A stretch of 64,000 nucleotides of DNA from Neodothiora populina (taxonomy: Eukaryota). Of this stretch, positions 22,240-36,272 are shown piece after piece. Every line of letters starts with the position of its first letter. The stretch's first letter is position 1. The stretch lies in the NCBI RefSeq assembly GCF_041146345.1, contig NW_027191402.1:248001-312000 (forward strand). Reading direction: 5' to 3'. The notes under the pieces were generated by a model that was given only the letters and a program-made list of their open reading frames with translations, had not been told where the DNA came from and ran no database searches. Made by a program: the position numbers and the translations under genes.

Positions 22240-23694
22240 ATGGCCGAAGTCCCGGAAACGCATGTTTTGGCAATTGCCAGCCACGTAAGGCCAACTGACT
22301 CATCCTCCTCATCGCAAGTTGTCCTGACTAATTGTTGGATAAGGTAGCATATGGGTGAGTGTCTGTAGCCCGTCAATAGAGAGACACGGGCAGCACGCTT
22401 AGTTGTATCAGATATGTCGGAAATACAATGGCAACCTTCGCCATGCAGGCATTGGGTTGCGAAGTGACCGCGATCAACACCGTTCAATTCAGTACGCAAA
22501 ATAATGCCGGTCGTTGATCTAACGTATGCATGATTGCTGACTTGATACCTTACTCTTAGGCAACCATACAGCATACAAACAAGTGAAAGGTCGCAAGACT
22601 CCAGCCGAAGAAGTGACTGAACTATACGAGGGCCTCAAGCAATCACATCTCGATGACTTTGATGTCATGCTATCGGGTTATTGCCCAAGTGCGGCTGTAG
22701 TGCAAGAAGTTGGCAAGATTGCACGAGAATCGCGGTTCAAGGCGACGACGAAGCCTGGCTCTTTCTTCTGGGGTGCGTTGATTATTTTGTGTACTATAGA
22801 CAGCGGCATCTCGGACAGCTGACTTACATGCCTCACAGTTCTTGATCCGGTCATGGGCGACAACGGTAAGATATACGTCAACGAAGACGTAGTGCCTGCG
22901 TACAAGGCTCTGCTGAAAGATGCGGATCTTATATTACCCAACCAATTCGAGGCCGAGTATGAGATCTTTCACAAGTACACGATGACATGTAGAGACTAAC
23001 ACATCACTGTAGACTTCTTTCCGAGGTGAAAATCACTGATTACGCTTCGCTCGCAACCGCTATCGAGACGCTGCATCGCAAGTACAGGGTCCCACATGTC
23101 CTGATCACGTCTGTTACCTTACCCCCAACCACCACATCGACACCGCAAAACCAATCTCGCGCGTCCTCTCCTTTCGTGAACTCAGCCAATGCCCTCCAAT
23201 CAGGAAAACTGTCCATTGTCGGTTCTACAGCGACATCAGACCTAAAGCCTCGTCTGTTCCGCCTAACAGTGCCCGCACTACCCGTATTCTTCTCCGGAAC
23301 AGGCGACATGTTCGCAGCACTAATGGTCGCTCGCCTGCGCGAGAGCTGTCAGGCGGCAGACCTTCTCACGACGAACCACTGGCAATCACCCGACGACGTC
23401 GAAGCCACAGAGTTGCCTCTCGCCAAGGCCGCAGAGAAGGTCCTGGCGAGCATGCACGCCGTCCTGGTCAAGACGATGAACGCGCGATCGGAAGAGCTCA
23501 AGCGCCTCGATGACGAGGCGAAGCATGAGCTTAATGTCGGGATCGGCGAGGAAGCTGGTCAGGATAAGAGTCTGCAGAGACACTTGCGGCTGACCAAGGC
23601 GGCTGAGGTGCGAGTGGTGCGGAATTGGAGAGATTTGGTCGAGCCGCAGGACCTGAATGATTTCCGCGCGCAGGTGGTGGCTGTTGATCAATAG
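22240..23694 (+). CDS. BUD16: Pyridoxal kinase (Bud16-like)
   Basis: [36 protein letters not shown] and FSGTGDMF ribokinase-family motifs; multiple introns. Confidence 0.9.
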
Positions 23695-23963
23695 TATTGT
23701 CTTGTCGCTGGTGAGGAGGCGGAGCTTCTGAATCAGGCTTTGTGTGGCGAACAGTTTTTGTGTCTCAATAGACTTCTCACACAACGATAAAAGAGGGATC
23801 ATTCCAGATAAATGATATGTTTCCGTTCGATGACACTATTGATGCACAACGAGGCTGATATGTTTCTATCTCTTTTGGTGATTATTTCCACTCAATGACT
23901 CACTATCCATGCCCGTCCGAGTTCCCAATGCCTTCCAAAACGCCTTCCATGTCACCATTTTTC

Positions 23964-24789
23964 TTATGCGTGAGAACCATTGATGGGCGGCAGCACAGTA
24001 CCGAATCCACCAGTCGAGCCAAACCCACCAGCTCCTCGCACACTATCAGCGAGTTCCTGAACAACGACCACCTCAGGCGTGTAGATCTGACAAAACATAT
24101 TAGCGACAAAATGCTCCCCAAAGAAGTCCCAGTCGAATAAACGAAGAGAACATGTCAAAGGAAAGAACTCACCCTCTCGATAATCAACTGCGCAATCCTA
24201 TCCCCCTGCTTGATAACGAAATTCTGCTCGCCGAGATTAAACAGCAGGACTTTGAGCGGGCCGCGGTAGTCGGCGTCGATGACTCCAGCGCCGACATCGA
24301 TCGAGTGTTTGGCCGCGAGACCCGATCGGGGCGCGACTCGGCCGTCTAGTAGATCAAGTCAGTTTTCTTCTTCTTTCTTGTCGTCTGCGTCAATGGCATG
24401 CCGTCCTCACGAGCATCATCATCACTATACAGCAAAAGGAGGGAACGGAATGGGAGAAAAGAGAAAAACATACAAGTCCCCTCCGGCACAGCAACGGAGA
24501 TATCAGTATCCACGACGGCCTTTCCGCGCGCCGGCACCGTCGTCTCCTGCGCAGAGTACAGATCGTAACCTGCTGCGAACGCGCTGCCCCTCGTCGGCGC
24601 CTGCGCTTTGTCGGAGAGAAGCTTGATTTGAAGAGCTGGGGGACCGGTGGGGACCGCGGTGGGCGCCAGGTCGGTGGACATCAGTGAGGGGATGGTTTGG
24701 GGGGCCTGGGCGGATGTTGTTGATGGGACGGTGGTAGAGGCCGTCGGTGGGGAGGGGGGTGTGGGCGTTGCCGTGTCGTCGTTTAGCAT
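23964..24789 (-). CDS. DUT1: dUTP pyrophosphatase
   Basis: [41 protein letters not shown] and [10 protein letters not shown] motifs; two introns. Confidence 0.95.
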
Positions 24790-25225
24790 TGCTGTGGTGT
24801 GGGAGGGAAGGTTAGCTGGTTGGTATTTTTGGGGTCAATTGGATGTTGTAGAGGTAGGTAGGCAGGCCAATTGGCATAGATTGTGCTCTTCGAATAGTGA
24901 ACAAGCAGAGAGAATCAAAAGGAAAAAAGTAGAAAGATACCAGCGACTGTAAGAGGCTCCATATGCTTGACTCGTTTCGGCGAGGGAGATCCAGGAATCG
25001 AAGGAGGTTCGTGTTCGACAAGAGGTGTGTGAAGATCAGAAGACATATTGTGCTTGTGTGTGAGTTTCTTGATTTATGTAACTTTTTTCTTTTTGTTTTA
25101 ATGTTTAATGTTGTCAGAGAAAACAAATGGCGTTTTTTTGTGTGATTGTTATGCACTTTGTACACGCAAGGTACACGATGCGCGCGCTGGAATGGCGTTT
25201 CTTGGTGCTGAGGCTCGCGTACTGG

Positions 25226-25240
25226 ACGCGTGCGACGCGT
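25226..25240. promoter_or_regulatory. Tandem MCB elements upstream of dUTPase
   Basis: ACGCGT at 25226-25231 and 25235-25240. Confidence 0.6.
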
Positions 25241-26395
25241 TAATCATTTCCCTAAGGTATGTCTGGGGTAGAACCCTGAACTCACCTGGAGATACCTCAG
25301 TCTCAGGGACCTGAGAGGCGTCTTTATCTTGTCCGCACGTGATCACTATACTTCCCACTTGTCTGTATACAGACACCGCTGCAAAGGTGACCTCGAACAG
25401 TCACATCTAATCACGAAAGCTGGATGGCCCCTGTATTTGGTACGTTACATGTGACTCATAAAGTCTATGTTCACGAGATGAGACACACTCAAGGCCTGTT
25501 TCTCTAGAGAAGGCGTGGGATTCCCCATCGTCTACACTCCTACCTCATGCTAAGTCAACACGAATACAACTCCGTACTTTCAAACCATCTGTTCAATAAC
25601 GTACAACCACTGCAGAGATCGTAACAACACTCCTAATTGTGAATCAACGCCAACTATATGAGCTATTTATCTTGCATAGAAGTCATACGATGACCATGGC
25701 AGCCTAAACGAATCACCGCCATCTGACTCTCACCTTAAGGTAAGGTATGCTAAGCTACGGTACTGTTTTACAAGGTACTGTACCTTGCCAAACCAAGAGA
25801 AGATAAGCATTTCCCACGGCGTTCGGAATTGCGGATCTCGTCGCAGGATTTGACCTCACACCGTACCCCATGGGTCAAACGTGACTTCCATTGGTCAACG
25901 TCCAGGATCAGGGATATCTGTGGGTTGGCAATAAGGCTTAGCACCATGTGTTCCTGTACTTGTACTGTGTACAACCCATCTATGTTCTGCTTAGGCCTCC
26001 TTACTCCGGGCGTAGAAATACCTTATTCCGTGGTATGGAAAGCTTACCTTGGTTGCGCGGATTCAGACGCCGCTTTGGTGATGACTCAATACCGTCCAAG
26101 AGCGCTATTTTACTGCTTTTCTTTGTGATGACTGATTCAAAGGGTCGGGCTTACGAATAACCATGGTGTTGCTCTGCTAAGTTGTACCTCTGATAGCTCC
26201 CAGTGGCACCGGAGTTGGATTCGTCACTGGCTTGCTTGCCTGATGGGTATGACTACCTTGGACATATATAAGGCGTAGGGCGTCTCGGCCTTATGTCTTC
26301 CTTCAGATGGTATCATCAATTCCAAGCTATAATCCCGAGTCTCCTTCTCGTCTCTACATAAACTTCATATCTTAGTCGAAGCACGTACCCAATTC

Positions 26396-26757
26396 ATGTT
26401 CAATAGTAGTTCATCAACGACACCAACCAGCCTCATGTCGTCAAAAGCAACGTCCTTCACCACTGCCACTATCGTCTCATCTGCAGAAGATCGCTCTTCG
26501 AGAGAAGCAGACATGGAGACGTTACCGAGTTACTCTGATGCCACCACTGGCGATCCGCCGCCAAAGAGCAAGAGCAGATTCGCTACTCTCAAGTCGATAC
26601 TCACAGGTACGTCAATCTGACTCAGTCGAATGACCTAAAGACGCTGACGCATGCTTCAGGCGATGTGTACAAGCATCATCCACTCTACACCCTTGAGCGT
26701 TCTGTTATGAATGAAGAGTCTTCTTCCTCGAGCAGGAATCGCCAGTCATCGAGATGA
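26396..26757 (+). CDS. Small Ser/Thr-rich hypothetical protein (~100 aa) with LPSY motif
   Basis: TATATAA near 26266; canonical intron 26607-26659 (GTACGT...CTGAC...CAG) keeps frame to TGA 26755-26757. Confidence 0.55.
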
Positions 26758-26981
26758 TTCCATTGCTTTAGTGTTCTTCGACTCCACGACGGCGCAGAGG
26801 GACATGGAATGCCGGCCACACATATGAAGAGCTGGAGAAGGCCATCTGCAAACACTGAGGGCCAATGGCAGGTCGATGATGCATCTGTCAGTCTGTCTCA
26901 ATTCAAGCCTTTGTCCGAGCAGAGCTGGATTTTGCTCGGCGGACTTTGTGTATGATTGGGCAATCTCAAGACCCGTATTTT

Positions 26982-28305
26982 TCAATTCGATCTATAGCAG
27001 GAAAGTAAACAAACCTCTTCCGGTACTGCATTGACTTCTGTGTTTGTGTACCAGCCTTCGTTGATCAATGCCTTTTCTGTTTGTTGCCAGTACAGAAACT
27101 TATCCGGGTGAGCTTGCTTCAGATCAAGATCTGCGAGACGTGCCTGGAAGGTCGGAACAGCCCCTTGAGTATTCCCTTTCACAAGCAATGTACAGTCTCT
27201 CAAAGTCATGGCTTTTAGGTAATCGTTCGATATGGGATCACCACTGCAACATACGTAAGCACTGTTCAAGGTCTCATGGGAGTACAATGGTCGTACAGCT
27301 TGTATCTGAGTATGCTCTGAATGCCGAATTTTGCCTGGAAAGCGCGAAGCTCACTAAGAACGGGGAGTATATCTTTTGCCAGGTGATGTATCACTTGATC
27401 TTCTGCATTGTAATGTCAGCATATTTATTCGACTTTAGGACCAGTCGCAACATCGTTTTCGTTTCGACGGGGTACGAAGAGGATTGATCACCGTGCGAGA
27501 CGTGCTCGTCGATGTCGATCAACTCTCAATTATCGTGCACATTGCTCGACCTATACAGCGTCGCTAGGGGAAAATATTGCAAATAAAGGAAACGTGCAGG
27601 CGGGCCAAGCTTACCGGACTCACTGAATCGCTGGCGATCACCGTAGGCCAACATGGCGAAAACCTTTCGTCTTTCGCGATACATTGGAGACGTCAATGCT
27701 AAGGGACAGAAAGCTGTTGGATCTTTGTATGCTTCTCGCTCGCCCTGTGTTCGACATCGCTGAGCTCGTAGCGCACACGTTCTACAGCGTACTGCATTTC
27801 GAGGAGCATCCGGTGACTGAACCAGCCATTTGGGCTTGAGCTCGAATGAGATTGCCCAGGTCGAAGGTGTCATGTCTGTCATCAAAGTACCGTATGTCTC
27901 ATCGGTAGCCAGAGCATCTCCGTGCCTCGAGACGGGCCGTCTGCCGCTATGCTCAAGCTGATGAAGAAGTACATTCAATGATTGAGTGACTTCGCATCTT
28001 ACGGGAACAAGCTTGTGTTCGACAAGACTATCAACTGCGAATAATGGTTTAAACTCGGTTGCAAAGGCTTCGTGTTGTTCTAGAGTGGTACGAATGAACG
28101 GCTTGTCCTTGCGGAGCCGCAACAATCTCCCACGCAGAGCCTCTGGCAATATTTCGTCATGTTCGAAAGATGCTATCCGATATATCACATTGGCATTGCC
28201 TTCGTTAAGATACTCGAGACGTATTGGCTGTGCAGCTTCTCCCGCTTTAGATTTCGATAACGATATCTCGGGACGTTCTGATGTCTTATAGAACACTGCC
28301 GTCAT
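26982..28305 (-). CDS. IPK1: Inositol-pentakisphosphate 2-kinase
   Basis: YLNEGNANVIY, ELKPKW, CRTCA, FCPL, TLRDCTL and DLDLK motifs; two introns; the start could be 28362. Confidence 0.87.
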
Positions 28306-28666
28306 CGCCTTGGTGTGTGGACAGGGTTTAGCGGATGCATGAGATAAATTGGTCTGTTGCATGATAACGGATGCAGTGGAAGCGAACCCGGCGTGGTACA
28401 GCTTAATTTAGCTGTCGGGGGATTCATGGGGTTGCCGGGATGCACTTCGCATAGTTCGGTATCTGTAACACGTAGCTGCTCAAAGACGTCACCCCACTAC
28501 TGTAAGTAAGGTACTTTACGGTATGTTGAACGGTGAAAATAATGTAACATCTCAGACTTGATCATCAAGTACAGCACATCAGGTAAATAAAATCGATTTC
28601 GTAATCGATTCCAGCTTATTGCAATCCTACTTGATCCGATTGAAGCAACTTCAACCATCAGCAAGA

Positions 28667-29150
28667 ATGGCGGGTCAAGATGCTTTGGACAATCTGAAGA
28701 CACCAGCAGCATGCACAGCAGGTCCGCCACTTGCCTTGTTCATTCCGAATAAGTATGCCTGCTGATGCGTTTATATAGATTTCTGCCTCATTCCATTGGG
28801 GACTCCCACGGCTTCCGTTTCCAAAGAGGTTGCTGAAGTACAGAGATTGCTCAGGAAGAGCGGTCTAAAGTACTCTATGCATTCTGCCGGAACCACGATA
28901 GGTAAGCTCTGGATCTCTGATTGTGCTCATGATAAAACTTCCATCTAGATTCAAGGCTACTAACACGAATCTTGCAGAGGGTTCATGGGATGAGTGTATG
29001 ACTGTGATTGGCAAATGCCATGCTATGCTGCACGAGAACGGCGTGGTCCGCATACAATCAGATATACGTGTAGGATCACGGACAGACAAGAAGCAGGGCT
29101 TCGACGACAAAGTAGCAGCAGTTGAAGCACTTCTTGCGGAAGATGAGTAG
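28667..29150 (+). CDS. ECM15: Ecm15 / thiamine-binding (YkoF/UPF0045) family protein
   Basis: ADFCLIPLGTPTASVS...MHSAGTTI|EGSWDECM...RIQSDIRVGSRTDK; two introns. Confidence 0.85.
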
Positions 29151-29334
29151 AGTCATAGGAATGATGGAACAATAACAAATTTTGGTACAAGCTGTGTGCT
29201 GTGATCTCCTCGACACTTTCTCGCTAAGCCAACACAACAATCATAACAATCCCAAGTGCACCGAACTCCTCGCTCCAGTCAGACATACTATCGATACAAA
29301 GGAAAAAGCAGCATAATCTTAACAGACGGCACAC

Positions 29335-31116
29335 TCATACACCATATGCAGGTGGTGGTTGATCCATCACTTCGGCGTGGTTCCAAAATCCTGCAGTACC
29401 TTTCTCTTCATGCACCTTCTTCGCAATCTCCTGGGCCATCTTCATCATCCAGGCTTGCTCGAGAATGCCACCCGTAGAACCTTCACTGAAACTCTGAAAG
29501 CGTACCGAAGACGAAGACCGTGACAGTTCCGACTCCTTTTGACTCGGTGCCGTCCGGGACGAGGCGAGTTTCGGGCGCTGGGGTGCAGCCGCCTTCGTTG
29601 GAGAGTCGACTTTTCCTGGCGTTTGGCGTGAGGAAGCAGTAGGAGTGGTGTCCATCGACGACTTCTCTGCACCAGCGGGAGTTTGAACACGCGTGCGCTC
29701 AGGACTGGGCGGCTGAGTAGCATCGCCATGGAGAGAATGGAAACGGACCCTATGTAGGGGCACCGTTGGAGAAGCATGCTGCGGTTCAGGCGTGTGATCG
29801 AGCTCGTTAGAAAGAGGAGAAGACACAGGTTCGGTGACCGTGATGCTAGGCGCCGAGTTGCTCTCTGTACAGGCAGGAGCAACGCTATCTGTCTCGGCTG
29901 TAGCTGCAACAGTAGGCTTACGGAGATCGACGATTCTGTGCTTGCGCTTACGACCAGCATGCGATCTTGTCCTGTGCGCGCCCATAGTGTAGACGGTAGA
30001 ACCAGATGTATGGCTAGACAGTGATGGCCGACTGAGATAGGTGGAAGCATCAGAGGCTTCTGAAGCGCTGGACGAATAAGAGGCAGATGTGCCGATGGAG
30101 GAGTGAATACGAGACAGCGAGAATGGTCTTGGCGTCGTGATTCCGGAAGACTCACCACCTTCTTTGGCTCCAGCCCAGGCCCTGAATACTGTATCTCTGA
30201 TTGACGGAGTGAAGAGGGAAAGCGTGCGCTGAGAGTCGCTCAAAGCAGCAAGACGCAGAAGGTTCTTTTGTGAAAAGGATGCGTGTGTTTCGGTTGGTGA
30301 CTCGAGAGAAAAGTTTGGCGAATCATCCAGCCCTTCGGCCCATATATCGGTAGGGTTCTGAGGTGGACTCGACAGAGGGTCTACAGGCGGTCGGTCGTCT
30401 TCAGTCCTCTTCTTCTTGATTCTGATAAAATTCTTTTTCTGCTCTCCGTTGCTCTCCCCTTCCACCTCGACCTCGACTTCGACCTCCTCCTCTTCCTCTT
30501 TCTCGTCCTCGACACGTCTGTACTCTGGCACGAAATGTCGCAAAGACAGACGATGGATGATGGCGGGGAGGTCATCCATGAACAGCACACGGAGTTGAGC
30601 CTCGATTTCTTTTTGTAGATAGTTTCGAACAAAGGGAATGGAATCGAAAGTGGACGACACTTTGAGAGACTCTAGCGGATCGTTCCTGAACACGAGCGTG
30701 ATGCCCTTCTGACGAGAGAAGACCAGAATGACAAAGCCAGAGAGACGAATGTCGGATAGAGTGATTTGAATAGGAATCGTAAGTCCAGATGCTGCAGCTA
30801 GAGGCCCAGGTGATGCAAAGGAAGGTTTCGTTGATAGATAGGTGTTCAACGGATTTGCTTGGACTCTTGTTTTGAGGGTCAAATATGCATCTCCGGTATA
30901 AGACATCTTGAAAATTCCTCGAAATCTGTCTTCGGCCAAATCACCAATCTCGAGTATTTCGAGCTCGGGAGGTATTGAGCCCAAGTTCAGCTCGTTGACT
31001 ACAATATCATCAACAATTATTGGGGGTTTCGGCGACTTGTTCAAGGCTGTGGTAAGCATATCCCGCGCCCGCGACGTGTCGGCGATGAGCGGCGACCAGT
31101 TGAAGTTGAACGCCAT
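29335..31116 (-). CDS. MDM34: ERMES subunit Mdm34
   Basis: MAFNFNWSPL...ALNKSPKPPIIVDDI SMP domain, LVFRNDPLESLKVSSTFD; C-terminal PPPAY. Confidence 0.95.
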   Translation of the reverse strand: MAFNFNWSPLIADTSRARDMLTTALNKSPKPPIIVDDIVVNELNLGSIPPELEILEIGDLAEDRFRGIFKMSYTGDAYLTLKTRVQANPLNTYLSTKPSFASPGPLAAASGLTIPIQITLSDIRLSGFVILVFSRQKGITLVFRNDPLESLKVSSTFDSIPFVRNYLQKEIEAQLRVLFMDDLPAIIHRLSLRHFVPEYRRVEDEKEEEEEVEVEVEVEGESNGEQKKNFIRIKKKRTEDDRPPVDPLSSPPQNPTDIWAEGLDDSPNFSLESPTETHASFSQKNLLRLAALSDSQRTLSLFTPSIRDTVFRAWAGAKEGGESSGITTPRPFSLSRIHSSIGTSASYSSSASEASDASTYLSRPSLSSHTSGSTVYTMGAHRTRSHAGRKRKHRIVDLRKPTVAATAETDSVAPACTESNSAPSITVTEPVSSPLSNELDHTPEPQHASPTVPLHRVRFHSLHGDATQPPSPERTRVQTPAGAEKSSMDTTPTASSRQTPGKVDSPTKAAAPQRPKLASSRTAPSQKESELSRSSSSVRFQSFSEGSTGGILEQAWMMKMAQEIAKKVHEEKGTAGFWNHAEVMDQPPPAYGV

Positions 31117-32585
31117 GATTGATGATAGAATCTGCTTCGGACGGCGTGGCAGACTTGTCTAGCAAAGACGACGATGACAGCACAAAAGAATGCAACGACT
31201 CTGATGGCAATGTTGATGCCGATGATGATGATTATTTATCCCGTTATTACGGATGTGGTCGCGTGCCGTGGCATTGGACAACGCCTGCAGCAGCAAATTC
31301 GACGAGATAAGCAAGGCGCAGCGCAGTGCAGCTTTAGTGACAGTGACGACGACCGGCTAAACACAAACAAGATGCGAAGCGAAAATGAAAATTATCAGAG
31401 AGGGCGCTGTAATCCAAAGATTTGTTCCAAAACAAGCGCGTGGTATTGTCGACTCTCTGCTTCTCAGGTGTCACCAGGTGCATACAGAGTACAATGGAAA
31501 GATCAGGTTGTTCTTTCCCATACTAAATCGTGTATTTCCAAGGTTCCCTTGCGCCGGCTTCTCTCCACCAAAATTTGTCGGCCACCAATAATATCCCGTA
31601 TTTCTCCGCATTGTCGTCATTCATTCCTGCTGGTGCTCGCTTATAGATCATCCAAATCTGTCACATTCGAGGTAGAAAGCTCATGTGCAGGCTTCATTTC
31701 ACTCCTTCGATGGTGTTGACGGTACGGATATGTTTGAAGCTGAAGTAAGCTAGTACTCATGGCGCGGAAAGAAGGTCAGCGATTCTCGAACCTGATACAA
31801 GTGACCAAAACTCGACTCGAGCGAGTAATAAATCTACTCCCATTGACTCATGCGAGCGACATGCTGATATCTTTGCTTTCGATGATACTTTTGTACCTAC
31901 AAGCTCCTTCGCGAACTGCATCGCCTTGTGGTCCAGCTGCCGATCTCCCCCACTGGGCGTCACAGGTTCGAAACCCATTCGTGTTAGAGCTCTGCCGAGT
32001 TACCAAGGCGTCAAGTAAGGCAAGATATTCGCAAATCACACCGGGATGATATGTAGGGCGTCTTGGCCATGCAGAAGAGCTCTCCATCATCTTCCCGACT
32101 CCTACATCGAAGAGGCAAGTTGATGTACCCTACAATCCTTTGACGTCACGACCGCACACCACAGCAAGGCGGCGCTCTTTGAGCAGAGCCGGTGTTTTTT
32201 CTTTGACACCACAAAACGTGTGCGGTGACTCGCCAGTACCTGCTCCTGACCGTCACTTGAGGCAAGCAGGTCATATGTCGGATGCTGTGAACCTTAACCC
32301 ATGCTGTAGTCCATAGAACAAGAGTCAAGTGCCAGATCGTCTTTGGTATCTTTCCGCCTGATAACAAGACCTCTTTTTTCTTTCATCTCCCCTTTCTTTC
32401 GATACTCACAATCATATACCCATTACATCGCTTTTAACAGATCTCGGCTTTTGCAATCACAGTCAACTCATCAATCTTGGCTCGAATATCGTTCAGCAGC
32501 ATCCAAGACCTTGATCCTGCTGTATTGAGTGCCTTCTTACCATCTCAAGCGATACGATATTTCTAAGGATTCCCCCTTTGTCGTC

Positions 32586-33074
32586 ATGGACACCTGCCAG
32601 CGAGCGTCATACGAGCGCGTACCGGCCAGCCATGCTGCGAACATGCCAAACCCACAATATGCAGTCGGTCAGCACATGCAACGATATGGCTCATCGCAAC
32701 CCCCGCGACCACGGGCTCAACAGTACTACTCTGCACCTCAAATACCACCTGCACAATACGAAGTACAGCAGCGGCAGGCATATGCTTTCTCTCAATATCC
32801 ACCTCAAGGACCGCCTCAGCTGACAGGGCATCCATCATATTCACGCGCACCCATAAGTAGTGGATATCCTTACAGCGAACCATATCAAGGACAACCAGTG
32901 CGCCCATCGAGTGGCTCGCGTATGTCAAGTCACAGATCGGAAGGGTCGTACGAAGCGGGCGGATCGCATAGTAAGCATCATGGCCACAGGAAGCGCCGGT
33001 ATACTGAAACAAGGCCAACAATTGGTGATTCGGTCTATGCCATGTTCAAGACCCTTTTCTCAAGTAAGAGATGA
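32586..33074 (+). CDS. Hypothetical Pro/Gln/Tyr-rich disordered protein
   Basis: 162-codon ORF with coding-like composition and a structured-looking C-terminus (RPTIGDSVYAMFKTLF). Confidence 0.55.
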   Translation: MDTCQRASYERVPASHAANMPNPQYAVGQHMQRYGSSQPPRPRAQQYYSAPQIPPAQYEVQQRQAYAFSQYPPQGPPQLTGHPSYSRAPISSGYPYSEPYQGQPVRPSSGSRMSSHRSEGSYEAGGSHSKHHGHRKRRYTETRPTIGDSVYAMFKTLFSSKR

Positions 33075-33948
33075 GTGGGAGGGAGCTCGACGTCAATGTG
33101 GTTACACGTTACTTTCTCAGTCGCTCTCATGGTGTATGGACGGGGTTTAGTATCAATTTTTTCTTTAGTAAACGACTTGACGACGTCACGGTTACGGACT
33201 TCATTGGCTTGTAGGAGGTTTGGGTTGGAATGGAACATTATTATTCACGTATTGTCAGACACGGTATGATGCATATGAAGCTCACCAGATCCAATACAAG
33301 TACCACCTAATTACCAGACCGTACCTACCTTAGTACCCGAACTTTATTTGACGTGATGCAGACGCGTAGAAACCGAGCTCCTGGAATTGTCACGTACCAA
33401 GTCACATGCTACCAATTTTCGCTGAACATCGAGTCTACTGACACTTTCTTTTGGGGCGATGCGCGATTCTTAGTATCACGAGACCGATTGACAAAATAAG
33501 GATTCATTGTAGCATTGGAACAGCCAGGCAAACTCTTAAGAGGCAGGGCCAGAGGGCCGGGGTGGCCAGGATTGATCGTGTGGGGGATGATTCTTCGGCG
33601 TTGCTCAGCCGGGACCGCCGTACACGTCTCTCTCTTTTCCCCAGGCAAACGTTGAAGACAAACGATGTCAAAGTAAGTTACCGAATCGCGGCGCTTTTTG
33701 TGCCCTTTACGGATTGCTCTCGAAAGCTGTGATCGGCTTAGCGAGCGACATTTTTGTGATCTTGTTGCAGCATTCCCCAGTGATCCAGTCCTTGTCTTGC
33801 CTTATAATACTCTCTTACCCCGACTGTACTTCGCCCCTTCTTTTCTTTCCATCTGCGCTTCATACCATTATCGCTCAAGTTACATCAACCAACGCGACTT
33901 ACTGAATTAAATCCATCTCTAATTCCATCAACTACATTAATACACAAC

Positions 33949-34531
<583 letters not shown>

Positions 34532-34973
34532 GCAAGCTCGTCTACTCATTGCAGTTCACGGGGTCGTGAGCCGCTGTCTGGACTGGGCAATGGATTATGA
34601 TAATTTGCGTTGCTTATACAATTCTTTCAATACGGACGTCGCGAAAGACACGGGTTGTTCTTTCAGACAGTGGGAGTACGTTGGAGTTTAGGGAGAACCG
34701 TCGATTGGGAACTGGAAAACATTCGAGGTAAAAACTCGACGACAGTATCCTGTATCATAGATACCAGTGCGAGATCAAATCAACTAAATCAATTTCTGCC
34801 ATATTTTACAGTCTTGCCCGACCACCTCCGCACGACCTCGTGACCATGAGCCTTTTGTTACAATGTACATAATCAAATGCTTTCTCCTTGCGCCAAACGC
34901 CTGACTATGCAATGTAACCGCTGTCGCCGCAGCGCATTCTTTTCGAATTGACATGCTAAGAGCTCAGCAGCTG

Positions 34974-35694
34974 CTATGACTGGGTGCTCGAAGAGGGGCC
35001 GTTGCCGTTCTTGCTCTGAAGCTGTCCGATGCGGTATTTGGGTTCCATCAGGCCGATCTGTATCATATAAAGTCAGCAGGTGTCCATTGCACCATCATTG
35101 TACGGCACCAGCAATGCGGCAGGCATTTCCAGCATCTTTCCATAAGTCCTCTTCTGGCGCATCCTCGCTATCAAGACAGACAATCTCCTCAATCTCGCCA
35201 CCTCCCACAGAGCCCCTATTGTTCGCCATCGCTGAACATCTACCGCGCCTGCATCTCTCTCCCCCCTCCAAGATAAACTCACCATACTAAGCAACCTCCA
35301 CGCAGGATCGCTAGGCTGAGCACCAACACCAAGCCAATACTTGGCGCGATCAGTATCGAGCTTGATGTCCTTGAATTTGCGACCTTCGCCGTCCGAAGGC
35401 GTCTTGGGGATCGGGTCGTATGTGCCGAGGACTTCGAGAGGTTTGCTGTTGCGTGCTGTTCTATAGGGGTCGGGACTCGTTAGTTCTCGTTCTTGCCTGG
35501 GGTCAATTTTATTCTTGTCGCGCTGGAAATGCAAGGCTGGTCGAAGAGTTGGGTGGTTGTAGTCTTCGAGAGTCCTTTGCAGGAATTGGACATTGAGTGT
35601 CGGGATTCGTATCGTACCTCGCGTGCGCTACGACGATGTTGTAAAAGGGCGCATGACGCTTGCCGAATCGTGCGAGTCTGATTTTGAGGACCAT
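34974..35694 (-). CDS. MRPS16: Mitochondrial ribosomal protein S16
   Basis: MVLKIRLARFGKRHAPFYNIVVAHAR|TARNSKPLEVLGTYDPIP...AKYWLGVGAQPSD; two introns; TAG 34974-34976. Confidence 0.93.
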
Positions 35695-35751
35695 GGCGGG
35701 TGTTGGTTGTTTGGAAGTTGATTACTGGACTGACTGGACGTATAATTCGAA

Positions 35752-35754
<3 letters not shown>

Positions 35755-35781
<27 letters not shown>
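35755..35781. repeat. (GCT)9 microsatellite just upstream of MRPS16
   Basis: Nine tandem GCT units read directly. Confidence 0.9.
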
Positions 35782-35783
<2 letters not shown>

Positions 35784-36272
35784 GTTTGGTGGATAGACGG
35801 CGTCGATGTCGAAAGTGATCCTCGAAAAGTTGTAGGGCTGAGTTGAATGTTCTGTGAGGCTGTACCCGGCCAATCACGGAGGTCTTCCGCTCGCTCTTCT
35901 ACTATGTTCGTACAGCATTTGCATACACCATATATCTTACTGTATCGGCATATTTATCTTGTACAGCAGATTGGATACATGTGGTTCGAGTCTATGATAT
36001 GATTACTTAACGATCAGTCCCGTGAAACGCACGAGGCTCAATGCATGGTATTTCTGTCTTTGCCAACATGGAGTAGGCATCTCCTGATGTCCCTGCGGTG
36101 CAGTGCAGTGATGTAATCGTGTTTACGAACGGCATCAATTCATCCATCTTCTCTCCTGAGCTGTAGACTTACAAAATAACTTGCAAAAAGAACGTACTGT
36201 ACAATTGATGTCCAACATTCTCTGATAGGCAACCTCCGCTGTGCAAATCGACCTCACCCGCTACCAGTCACT

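Noticed and set aside
31174..32370. ORFs between MDM34 and the 32586 gene
   Set aside because: No recognisable domains or convincing splice structure.
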